64,000 nucleotides of DNA, from contig JBFWWG010000002.1 of the NCBI GenBank assembly GCA_050246315.1, positions 96,001 to 160,000 of the forward strand, written 5' to 3'. This DNA comes from Nitrospiraceae bacterium. Lineage in GTDB: Bacteria > Nitrospirota > Nitrospiria > Nitrospirales > Nitrospiraceae. A program made the translations under genes and the position numbers. The number at the start of each line of letters is the position of its first letter. The stretch's first letter is position 1. Under the pieces are notes generated by a model that was not told the DNA's origin, did not search any database, and was given only the letters and a program-made list of their open reading frames with translations. This document shows positions 10,546 to 20,300 of the stretch, piece after piece.

Positions 10546-11340
10546 ATGACCACTCATGTATCGCCGTTCACCCCTCAACAAGTTGGCACAGGGGCCATCC
10601 GCTTTCCAAGTGGGGTCACGATTCCAACATCTGCCGACGCGGCGGTGGATCCGTATTTCAAAACTCGAGTTCCTAAAGACATCCAGGTCGAGGCGATCTA
10701 CTACTGGCCGCAGGAAAAGGGAGTGTATCCGGGCATTGTGCTGTTGCATGAATGGTGGGGGTTGACCAGTCAGATTAAGGATGTCGCGCTTCGGCTTGCT
10801 TGTGAAGGGTACGGCGTTCTTATTCCCAACTTGTACACCAGGGTGGGCGGTATGGTCACAGCCAGTGCGGAGATCGCAGAGGCCTTAATGGGTCGGTTGA
10901 ATGAAGCCGCCGTGTTACAGGATATCAATTCCTGTTGCGAGTACTTCAATACGCGGGAATTCCTGAAGCGAAACATCCATGCCGTCATCGGATTTGGCAT
11001 GGGAGGCTCGCTGGCGATTCATTTTGCCTGTCAACGGAAACGGCTGCGTGCAGCAGTGGCCTATTACGGACTTCTCCGAGATCGACAGAACCGCGTCTCC
11101 GAGCTGCACTGTCCGTTGCTCTATCACCAAGCGGAGGCCGATTCGCTGGTGTCGGCTGATGAGGTAGAGCAACTCCGGCGCGCCACTGCCTCCCAGGGCA
11201 AGCCGGTTGAGATCAAGCGCTACCAGGGGACCTCCCACGGTTTCAGCAACGAGATGCGGAAAGACGCCTACCATTCCGAGGCTTCTCAGCAGGCCTGGGA
11301 TGCCACGCTTGCCTTTCTTGCCGAACATCTCCGAGCCTGA
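10546..11340 (+). CDS. Dienelactone hydrolase family protein (nucleophile Cys replaced by Gly)
   Basis: HEWWG, LA.EGY, GFGMGG, D and HGF motifs. Confidence 0.88.
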   Translation: MTTHVSPFTPQQVGTGAIRFPSGVTIPTSADAAVDPYFKTRVPKDIQVEAIYYWPQEKGVYPGIVLLHEWWGLTSQIKDVALRLACEGYGVLIPNLYTRVGGMVTASAEIAEALMGRLNEAAVLQDINSCCEYFNTREFLKRNIHAVIGFGMGGSLAIHFACQRKRLRAAVAYYGLLRDRQNRVSELHCPLLYHQAEADSLVSADEVEQLRRATASQGKPVEIKRYQGTSHGFSNEMRKDAYHSEASQQAWDATLAFLAEHLRA

Positions 11341-11561
11341 ACCATCCAATCCAATTGCGATCGTTCAGTGGCTAGGTGGCTGCCAGCGGCCCGATCTTGC
11401 GGGGCGCCCGAGGTTATTGGACAATGAACAGCGGGTAGACAACCGAGCCAAGACAGGCGTGGACCATAATCGGAGATGGATCTGCAATCCTCCTGTGTCG
11501 TCGGATCGAAATCTCATCCCGACATCCATGAACAGGATACCCGCTCGGAAAGCGAACGAGC

Positions 11562-12755
11562 ATGAGTTGGCATCTTTTCCAGTCCGTCTTCCTGGCGCTG
11601 TGTGTCGCTGTGAGCCTGTCCGCATGGAGTCCGCCCCGACTCGACGCAGGCCAACCGGTGCAGTCGTCTGGACCTGAATCATCGCTCCCTGATTTCCAAG
11701 GACTCTTCCCCGAGATCGACAGTTCGTTGGCCGGTCTGACATCGCCGCAAGACATGGGCAAGGTCTTCGTGTCTCTGCTGGCGCCTCGGCTCGGCTTGAA
11801 CGACATGGCCTTGATTCTGCGATCCGGCGAGCGAGCGCTGCCCCCGACAGCCGGCCTATCGTACAGGGACCTGCACGCGTCCGTTATTCGCCTGGTCAGC
11901 GGACTGAATCGCTGGCGCCTTGCCTTAGGCCTTCGCTTGACGGTCGAGACGGACCATCAACCGTCTTGGCATCAATCCCTGACAACCCTCTTGGATCAGC
12001 TTCGTACGCAGGTATCGATTGATAGGAGCGAACCGGGCAAGGAGGCCATGCTTCGGCTGATTGCCCTGACCGACGCGGTGGTCACCGGAGCCGCACTCCC
12101 TCAGGCAGATACTCACCTTCCTCTCTACGACAGGTATCGACAGGCGGTAGAGACCCGGCATCCCCTTTTCGTAAATGGGCGGCTGGCTTGGCTACCGCTG
12201 CTGGAAGAAAAGGGCGCCGAAGCCCTCCGAACCACATTGCTGGACGGAGACTTGGAACCCCCGATAGCGGAGGACGTCCGGACGCACCTAGCCCGACAAT
12301 ATTTCGACGATCGGTTGCTCCCCTATCTATTGATCCAACTTGCCAGTAAGGCAGCAGCGGTGGAGCAGGAAGCCTCCCTGGCCGCGGTACGGGAATGGGC
12401 TTGGCAAAAGGGGCTGCGTGGGAGATTGCGGGAAACCATCGGGCTGAAACGACTCTGCGGGACTTGGCAATGGGTGGTACATAACCATCGCAACCATTCC
12501 GACAGCAAGACGATCGTCACTTTTGGGCCGACTGGGCCTGATGGATCGGAAGCGAACAAACCAGCCGAGGTTGTGGTGCTGGGGGATGGCGTCTATTTGC
12601 GGTGGGAATTCGGCGGCTCACAACAACAAGAAGACAGCCTGTTGTTCGTAGGAGAAGGTCAAAGATTGGAGGGGTCATTTGTGAATACGGCCGGTTCGTG
12701 GGGGAGCATCACGGGCAAGCGACTCAAGTCTTGTAAGCCCGAAGGAACCCGATAA
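11562..12755 (+). CDS. Hypothetical exported protein
   Basis: Signal-peptide-like N-terminus. C-terminal beta domain (LCGTWQW...WGSITG). Confidence 0.75.
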   Translation: MSWHLFQSVFLALCVAVSLSAWSPPRLDAGQPVQSSGPESSLPDFQGLFPEIDSSLAGLTSPQDMGKVFVSLLAPRLGLNDMALILRSGERALPPTAGLSYRDLHASVIRLVSGLNRWRLALGLRLTVETDHQPSWHQSLTTLLDQLRTQVSIDRSEPGKEAMLRLIALTDAVVTGAALPQADTHLPLYDRYRQAVETRHPLFVNGRLAWLPLLEEKGAEALRTTLLDGDLEPPIAEDVRTHLARQYFDDRLLPYLLIQLASKAAAVEQEASLAAVREWAWQKGLRGRLRETIGLKRLCGTWQWVVHNHRNHSDSKTIVTFGPTGPDGSEANKPAEVVVLGDGVYLRWEFGGSQQQEDSLLFVGEGQRLEGSFVNTAGSWGSITGKRLKSCKPEGTR

Positions 12756-12787
12756 GCGGCTGGCGACCCATTGCTCACCCACCGAAG

Positions 12788-13174
12788 TCATTTGTCAGCC
12801 GATCCCGGTCGAGACCAGGTATCCCAGGCGACGGAGGCCCAGCCGCAGAGAAAACAGATTCCCCCTAAGGGGGTGAGGGCTCCGAGCCACCTGATGCCTG
12901 TCAGAGCCAGCGTGAAGAGGCTCCCAGAAAATATGACGATCCCCATGACAAACAGAATGGCAGCCCGGTTCAGGTGAGCCGACCAGTCCTGCCGACCCAA
13001 AATCCCGACGGCCAGGAGTCCGAGCGCGTGATACAGTTGATATCTCACACCCACTTCAAAGACCTGAAGTGATTCCAGAGGCAGGATTCCCTTCAGGGCA
13101 TGGGCGCCGAAAGCTCCGGCCGCTACTCCCAGGAGGGCCAGGCATGAGCCAAGGGGCAGCGCATATCGTCTCAT
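12788..13174 (-). CDS. DUF423 (YgdD/TMEM256) membrane protein
   Basis: GAFGAH, YQ.YHALG, FSGSL and TP.GG motifs. Confidence 0.9.
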   Translation of the reverse strand: MRRYALPLGSCLALLGVAAGAFGAHALKGILPLESLQVFEVGVRYQLYHALGLLAVGILGRQDWSAHLNRAAILFVMGIVIFSGSLFTLALTGIRWLGALTPLGGICFLCGWASVAWDTWSRPGSADK

Positions 13175-13283
13175 ATCGTCTCGCCGTATGTATCAAGAGG
13201 CGGTTGGTGGGCGGGGCCCACAGGTCTTCGCCTCTAGTCCGAGCTAGGCTATACTGTCTATCGAGCGAAGGACTGCGAAGTCA

Positions 13284-13832
13284 ATGGCTATCGAATGCCC
13301 CCGTTGTCTCCTGAGTCACGAAGACCATACCTTGCGGTGTTCCTGCGGGTACGACCTCACCCTGTTGTTCGGGAAGCAGCGCTCGTTCTCGCCCTCCGGT
13401 TCCGCTCCCCAAGCAGAGGACAAGAATGAGATGGGACGTGCCCCGTTTCTCGTCGGCGTCGGTCTGATCTGGGGACTATTGGTGGGAGGCGAGTGGTTTC
13501 GAGTGACCGGGACCAATTTCGGTGCCATTGGGTTAGATGAGATCAGATCGGTCCTCTTCTGGGCTTCGACCAGCATGGCGGGCGCGGCCGTCGTCGGAAT
13601 GATCGGGTGGTTTATCGTGTGGGTCTTTCGCTCCTATGAAGGATTGGAGCGGCGCCCCAGCGCCAAACGGATGACCTTACTGGTCACGGCGATAGCAGCC
13701 TGCGCGATGTTCCTGATCCGGTTCTTAAGTCCAACAACCATCGCCGGGTACCTGGTGCCGACCCTCTCCGTCATCCTCGTCTCAGTGGTCTTCTATCTAG
13801 CCGGAACTAAGCACTGGCTGGGCCGGTGGTAA
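13284..13832 (+). CDS. Membrane protein with N-terminal Zn-ribbon
   Basis: CPRC...CSCGY followed by 4 hydrophobic segments. Confidence 0.7.
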   Translation: MAIECPRCLLSHEDHTLRCSCGYDLTLLFGKQRSFSPSGSAPQAEDKNEMGRAPFLVGVGLIWGLLVGGEWFRVTGTNFGAIGLDEIRSVLFWASTSMAGAAVVGMIGWFIVWVFRSYEGLERRPSAKRMTLLVTAIAACAMFLIRFLSPTTIAGYLVPTLSVILVSVVFYLAGTKHWLGRW

Positions 13833-13862
13833 ACGAGAGCCCAACTACCGGGACAAGAAGCC

Positions 13863-14180
13863 ATGTTTAAGAAACAGATCGATTTCCGTCACAACCCTCG
13901 CCATGAAGTGCACTTGTCTGTTGAGTTTACGGGCGATCAGCTCTCGGGGAAGGGCCTGGTCTGCAACCTCTCACGCTCTGGCTGCTGCATTAGGGGAGAT
14001 ACGCGGGTGCCCGTCGGGGCTTTTGTTGAGTTGGAGATCAATCTGCCGGACGCATCTACACCGTTGATTATCGATCTCGGCGTGGTTCGGTGGTCGGCGG
14101 GGGAGCGGTTCGGAATCGACTTTCTTCAACTGAAGGAATCCGAGACGCGGCGGCTGAAACAATTCCTCACGACCCTTTGA
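13863..14180 (+). CDS. Single-domain PilZ protein
   Basis: RxxxR (RHNPR) and NxSxxG (NLSRSG) c-di-GMP motifs; VRW...GIDF. Confidence 0.88.
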   Translation: MFKKQIDFRHNPRHEVHLSVEFTGDQLSGKGLVCNLSRSGCCIRGDTRVPVGAFVELEINLPDASTPLIIDLGVVRWSAGERFGIDFLQLKESETRRLKQFLTTL

Positions 14181-14264
14181 ACCCTGCTGCCGAACTCTAC
14201 TGCGTCCACGAAGAGATCAGCTAGCAACCGCCGTTCCTCATCCGAACTTGGTCTCTCAAATGAA

Positions 14265-15032
14265 TCATGCTGCCGCGGACACGCCGGAAGAGATGGCCTT
14301 GGTGAGCCGGGCTTTCTTGAGCGATATCAAGCCCCGTTGAATCTCAGTTGGATACAACGGTCCCGTCTTCTTCTTGGCATAGCGTTTCTCAAACCGCTCG
14401 ATCAGTTCCAATCCGTCGTTGTACCGGCATTGACCGATCAATAAATCGACCATCCTCATGAAGGACGGCAGCACATATTGAAGGTCTCGGACCTGTCTGG
14501 CATGGTCGATCACATAGCGATAGCCCATCATGGACGTCTCAGGATTGCTCAATTCGTAGGACAACGCTTCCAGCATGTGGACGGAAATGCGATCGGTCTC
14601 TGCGCTCACACTCTGTTCCCAAGGTCCGTTGGTCAGTCGTAACAATTCCTCATCGCTTATCTTCACGGGCTTGCGCTTGGCCGTTCGGAGGCGCTCGACC
14701 AGTTGACGGCCTTCGGGCCAGGCACCATAGAGTCCGATCAAGAGGCAGCGGCAACCGCCTGGGTTGGTGCAGTGGCCTTGCGACGGATTGCTCAGCCGCT
14801 TCGCGACCATGCTGGGAAGGAAGACCCGGCCGTGAAGGTCCTGACAACCAGAACAGGTGTCGCTGTTGGAAGGAGCGACATGAATGTACATCCGGATACC
14901 GGAGCGATCAAAGATATCAATGGCCTGAATCCGTCCCTTGAGTACCAGGATCTGATGATACTCCCAGACCACAAGCAGAGCCAGAAGACCCGCCAAATAC
15001 GGGACGATTTCCGGGACAATTAAGGCATCCAT
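14265..15032 (-). CDS. Membrane-anchored hypothetical protein with a Cys cluster
   Basis: GGGAG RBS before MDALIV, an N-terminal TM, and TCSGCQDLHGRVF...CTNPGGCRC. Confidence 0.75.
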   Translation of the reverse strand: MDALIVPEIVPYLAGLLALLVVWEYHQILVLKGRIQAIDIFDRSGIRMYIHVAPSNSDTCSGCQDLHGRVFLPSMVAKRLSNPSQGHCTNPGGCRCLLIGLYGAWPEGRQLVERLRTAKRKPVKISDEELLRLTNGPWEQSVSAETDRISVHMLEALSYELSNPETSMMGYRYVIDHARQVRDLQYVLPSFMRMVDLLIGQCRYNDGLELIERFEKRYAKKKTGPLYPTEIQRGLISLKKARLTKAISSGVSAAA

Positions 15033-15215
15033 CGCCGCGTCTCCCGCACACAGATCCCATCGGATACGTGAGGAAGTATAGCACCAAGACCATTGGGTCT
15101 GACTCAAAGGGAATGCGATAAATTCACGAGGATGCGGCAGCGAACTGATGGATCACGTCAAGATCGACGGATCGGTCGAACCTTGACCGATTGGAGCCGC
15201 CGGATGAGCGACTGT

Positions 15216-15581
15216 CTAGGTGGCTTTCAATACGTCCCGGATGGCGTGAAGCAATTCGTCCATCGGGAACGGCTTTTGGAGGACCTTTTGGGCGCCGAAC
15301 AGCTTGGCGACATCAAGGAAGTTGGTTTTTCCACTGGCGCCGGTCATCGCGATGATCCTGGCGTCTGGATACTCACGGGCGAGGACTAAGGTCGCTTCCA
15401 GACCATCGGTGTCGGGCATCAGGATATCGGTGAGCACCACATCCGTGGGGTCCTCTCGATACAACTCCAACGCTTCACGCCCTCCCCGGGCTTCCTTGAC
15501 TTGGTAGCCGGCAGCCTCGAGGTTCAACCGCAAGGCCGTTCGCACACCTTCATCATCGTCGGTCAACAAGATTGAAAACAT
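15216..15581 (-). CDS. Single-domain response regulator receiver
   Basis: DDD, TDILMPDTDG, MTG and KPF motifs. Confidence 0.92.
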   Translation of the reverse strand: MFSILLTDDDEGVRTALRLNLEAAGYQVKEARGGREALELYREDPTDVVLTDILMPDTDGLEATLVLAREYPDARIIAMTGASGKTNFLDVAKLFGAQKVLQKPFPMDELLHAIRDVLKAT

Positions 15582-15610
15582 CGCATCTCCTTGATCCCCT
15601 CCCCTTGCAG

Positions 15611-15699
15611 TGGTGCCGGAGACCGGGATCGAACCGGTACACCCCTTTCGGGGTGAGGGATTTTAAGTCCCTTGCGTCTGCCTATTCCGCCACTCCGGC
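15611..15699 (-). tRNA. tRNA-Leu (anticodon TAA)
   Basis: GCCGGAG acceptor stem, anticodon arm GGGA-CTTAAAA-TCCC, long variable arm, GGTTCGATCC T-loop, and encoded CCA. Confidence 0.97.
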
Positions 15700-15721
15700 G
15701 TCAGCTACGCCGTAAGTAGAA

Positions 15722-15750
15722 ATTGTAACATTGACAGGTATTTGAATCAA
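15722..15750 (-). promoter_or_regulatory. sigma70 promoter of tRNA-Leu
   Basis: Minus strand reads TTGATT-N17-TACAAT with an extended TG. Confidence 0.7.
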
Positions 15751-15842
15751 GACAAACGGAAGGAATCGTGTCGGGGGCCGAGATTATGAGGCTCGGACCC
15801 CGACGAGGAAAGGTTAGAGGCCGGTTGTATACGAGGGTCCGC

Positions 15843-16094
15843 TTAGGCAGCCTCTCCGATCTTTTGAGCCTCGTGTTTGTCTGCCAGAGTTTTCCCAACC
15901 TCTTGCGCACCGGTCTTGAGCGCCCGTCCGACACGAATGGCCTGGACCTGCGCCCTCTTCGCATACCGTACCACTGTTCTCCTGCTGTCACTGCCCGTCT
16001 GGGGAGCCAACAGCAGTCCAGCTCCGACCCCGATCAACGCACCCCCCGCAAACCACCCAGCCAACTTGGCTACTTCGTGACCATTGAAAGACAT
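15843..16094 (-). CDS. YtxH-domain protein
   Basis: F.GALIG...GLL.AP.SG.D.R pattern. AAGGAGG RBS. Confidence 0.85.
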   Translation of the reverse strand: MSFNGHEVAKLAGWFAGGALIGVGAGLLLAPQTGSDSRRTVVRYAKRAQVQAIRVGRALKTGAQEVGKTLADKHEAQKIGEAA

Positions 16095-16193
16095 GGGACG
16101 GCCCTCCTTGAAACAACGACAGGGTGAATGATCCGCCTGTGAGAACGAGTATGTTCGGGCGCCCGACTCGCTGAGTACTCAGGTCGTGGAATC

Positions 16194-16209
16194 AGCATCA
16201 TCCATGCCA
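16194..16209 (-). promoter_or_regulatory. Putative sigma54 (-24/-12) promoter for ytxH
   Basis: Minus strand reads TGGCATGGATGATGCT, with GG and GC separated by 10 nt. Confidence 0.5.
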
Positions 16210-16460
16210 CCGGCTGACGAGGGCGACTCGTAAGAATTCAGCGCACTTTGTCGCGGACGACCGAATGGACGAGCCGGTGGCTGGTGACATTTTCACCACA
16301 AGTGTGGCGGCAGGGTTGCAGAAAGTAGACAGACATCACTGATCGCGGCAAAGTGGCGCCCGTCGCCGCTCGGCCGACGTTGAAAGTTGCTCGGCAATGA
16401 CCTATGATCTGACAAGAGTCTGCACCCAGCTCCGGTAGTTATTCCAGAACACAGCGCTTC

Positions 16461-17291
16461 ATGATCCCGTATCCCAATATCAGTCCGATCATAGTGCAAA
16501 TCGGACCGTTGGCCTTGCGATGGTACGGACTGATGTACCTTATCGGTCTGACCAGCGCGTACTTTTTCATTCGCAACAGGGTGACGAAACAACGGCTTCC
16601 CATGAGTGTGGACCATGTATACGACATGATCGTATTCGGTGCGCTGGGGGTGTTTCTCGGAGGAAGGCTCGGCTATGTGCTTTTTTATAACTTGGCCTAT
16701 TACCTCCAGAACCCGCTGAAAGTCGCGGCGGTCTGGGAAGGCGGGATGTCGTTCCACGGGGGCTTGATCGGAGTGATGGCGGCGCTGATCCTCTTCAGCT
16801 ACCGCCGAGGAATCCCCTTCATTACAATCGCCGATCTGGCGGCAGCAGCCACCCCGATTGGACTGGGTTTCGGTCGGTTGGGGAACTTCATCAATGGCGA
16901 GCTATTCGGTCGGCCGGCCGACGTCCCCTGGTGCATGGTATTTCCGGGAGGCGGTCCGGAATGCCGGCATCCATCTCAACTCTATGAGGCCATGCTCGAA
17001 GGGGCGCTGCTCTTCACTGTGCTCTGGCTCATCAGCCGGCGCCCAGTTCCTCCCGGAACCCTCTGCGGAAGTTTCCTGGTGGGCTACGGACTTTGTCGGG
17101 TGACGGTCGAGTTTTTTCGAGAGCCGGACCCTCAGATGGGATTCATCTTCGGACAGGTTTCGATGGGACAGGTGCTCAGTACACCCATGATCCTCGCCGG
17201 TATCGGGATCGTTTGGTGGGCATTCTGGCGCCAGGGGCAGCGACAGACTCCAATCGTATCGAGCGGGGGTCACACGAGAACCAGTAGCTAG
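16461..17291 (+). CDS. lgt: Prolipoprotein diacylglyceryl transferase
   Basis: WYGLMY, GGRLGY, GGMSFHGG, GRLGNFINGELFGR and HPSQLYE motifs. Confidence 0.97.
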   Translation: MIPYPNISPIIVQIGPLALRWYGLMYLIGLTSAYFFIRNRVTKQRLPMSVDHVYDMIVFGALGVFLGGRLGYVLFYNLAYYLQNPLKVAAVWEGGMSFHGGLIGVMAALILFSYRRGIPFITIADLAAAATPIGLGFGRLGNFINGELFGRPADVPWCMVFPGGGPECRHPSQLYEAMLEGALLFTVLWLISRRPVPPGTLCGSFLVGYGLCRVTVEFFREPDPQMGFIFGQVSMGQVLSTPMILAGIGIVWWAFWRQGQRQTPIVSSGGHTRTSS

Positions 17292-17328
17292 GCGGTTCCA
17301 CCCGAGCGAACATCTCTCGCTCCTTCGG

Positions 17329-20300
17329 TCAAGCAGGGATCATCATCCCTTTGCGCAGAATGATGAACTGAAAGCCCGCAGGCTCCACGGCCAAGACCTG
17401 TCGGACCGCGGCTTGGTAAACCTGGACCTGCCAGGCATAACGGCGAATCAGCTCCGGCAATTCGTTCTCTTCCACATCGTCGGTTTTGTAATCCGCCACC
17501 CAGACCTCACCGTTCAGGCGGTAGATCACGTCGATCGTTCCTGTCATCACCTGTCCAGGTGTCCGGTCCTTTCCTGTCGTCTGATCCTGTGCCGTTTCCC
17601 AGGGAATCGAGAACGGAACCTCGCGACCGATCAACTCCGACCTCTGTAGCAGCCGATAGGGCTCGGACCGGCCGTACACATCGAAAATCGCCCCTAGCTC
17701 GCTCTGAATCCGCACCCGATCTTTTTCACAATCCAGCGGAAGCTGGGACCGACAGTAGGTTGCGATGAGACGGTGAAACTCCGCCGGACTCCCGCCATAA
17801 TCCCATTGTTCAAGCAGTCGGTGGGCCAGTACCCCAATCACCTGGCTGATCCGCCGGCTTCGCTCCTTGCCATCCCTTTGGTATCCCCAACCTGGATGAT
17901 CGGACATGGCCTCAGCCACACTCGATGGAGTTAGCATGCGGGAGGTTCCTTTAGCCTCGCACCATCTCGCCGTGCGGTTGGCCCAAATTTCGATTGCAGA
18001 GGATTCTGGATCTAACGGTTTCAGCTCTCCGACCCAACCGGGTTGTGAGGGGTGACTCAAGGCAGGAGCCACCACGACCGTCTGACGCATCACCGCATCG
18101 CCGATGCTGAGTTCTGCAACTCCCCGATCGCCGAATCCGCTTGGAATCGTCTTAGCTAATAGAGAGCACACCGTATCCGGTCCGGCCCGGCCGGTCACTC
18201 CTCCCGACAGCAAGAGCCGATCCTTCGCCCTGGTCATGCCGACATACAACACGCGGCGTTGTTCCGCCTCCTCCCGCGCTCGTTGTTTTGTCTGCACCAG
18301 CACGCTTCCGAACGTCTGTGCCCTGCTGTCGGCAAGCCACAACCCATAGAGGCCGCTGGACCAATCATGTCCGATCAGAGATGAGGAACCCTGTCCTCTC
18401 GTGCCTTGATGCAGTCCCGGCAGGATGACTATGGGAAATTCTAAGCCCTTTGCCTTGTGGATGGTCAGCACATGTACCGCCTCAAGAGAGTCTTCTGCCA
18501 GAGCGCCTTCCGATTCCTGCGGCTGTTCCTCAAGCCGCCTGATCATTTCTTCGACGAACCCGTTGAGCGTCAGGGCTGGGCGATCTGACAGGAAACCCGC
18601 CATCTGTTGCACCTTCAGCAGATTGGCCACGGCCTGCTCCCCATGGAGGGATGCCGCGGCCAACTCCAGCACGGGAAGGCGGACGAAGACCCTTTCCAGC
18701 CCGTCGGAAAGCGGCAGGCGCAGCAGCTCGTGGTGCAACTGTCGTAGTTCGTGATACAAGCGTTGAATGGGACGAGCGCCGAGATTGTTCCAGGTGGCTA
18801 ATCGTTCCGGACGACGATAGTCCATCGCGCGGCGAGCCCTGACTTCGAAGAGGTCTCGATCCGACAAGCCGCCGAGGGAGGAACGCAGCACTCCGGCCAT
18901 GGCAATCGAATCGTTGGGGTTCTCCAGTACACGCAAGAGATTCACCAAATCGATGACCTCCTGACGGCGATAGAAATGCTTCTCTCCGTCGGTGACGTAG
19001 GCAATCCCCTGCCGGCGGAAGGCATCGAGGTATTCCTGAGCCTGGGTGAGCTTGCGGAAGAGAATGGCCACGTGACCGGGCTTGAGCGGACTTTTGTTCC
19101 CCTCCTCGTCCAAAGACTGTTCGCTAACCAGCAAATCTTCCGCGAGCCAGCGAGCAAGCGATTCAGCCTCCGCCCGGGTGGCTGCCGCCGAGTCGAAATC
19201 GTCCTCGTTCTCGCGATGGGCCACCAGGCGAAGTTCGACACCGGGTCGTCCGACCAATGGAGGGCGGTTCGGTTTGACGTCCAATCGTACCGGAGCCGGC
19301 TGTAGGTGTCGCTGGGGCACGAAGACTCGGTCGAATACCTCATTCACGACCGCCAGCACCGAGCCATGACTGCGAAAATTTGTGGTGAGGTTGTGAATCT
19401 CTCCTCCCCCCGTCCGTAATTTGTGCACCACCCGATCGAACGCTTCGATGTCGGCGCGCCGAAAGGCGTAGATGGATTGCTTGGGATCACCGACGATGAA
19501 CAGCTTGCCCGGCTCCAAATCGACCTCCTGCCATGAACGCGCCTGTTGTCCGAGTCGCTCGGACAGAAATAAGACCAGCTCATATTGGACCGGATCGGTA
19601 TCCTGGAACTCATCGACCAACAGACCTCGATATTCGTGTTTGAGTCGCTCTCGGACGATGGGATGGTCGCGAAGCAGTGACCGCGCGCGAGCCGTCAACC
19701 CGTCGAACGACAGCCAGCCTGATGCCACGAATGACCGGCGGACGTCACTGGCAAACGGTGCCAACAACTCCAATACATCTTTGCCCAGGTCCCTATCGAC
19801 TCTCAGGCAAGCCTGGGCCACCTTGATCAGAGACGAGGCCGCGAGGAACTCTTGTTCACTCCAGCTCTTGGGACAGCCGCCGATCTCGCGATCGAGTTGC
19901 AGCCGTTCCGCCTCGCCGAGGCAGCGAAGACCATCGACGCCCTGTGCAAGCAGCAGTGTCAAGAGCGAGACGGCAGCCTGGAGCATTCCATCGGTCTTCA
20001 GACCCTTCACTCCTGCTCGGCCGGCAAGAATCTCTTCTCCCGCTAGGACGGAATCCTCCATCCATCGCTTCACAGACTCCGGCAGTGTCTCGCTGCTTAC
20101 CTGCTTGATCAGGTCATCAAGCGAGATGAGTTCGTTGCAGAGTTCGCGCGCCAACTCTCGTAGCTGCTCCACTCGGATCTGTGTCAGCACTCGTCGCCAT
20201 TGCGGATGTCGTCGGCCTTCCGCCCCAAGCTCGCCATCGATCCAATTCCGCCAACTGGCGGTCAAGTGCTCCTCGAATCGCAGGCCGTCATCCTCTTGGA

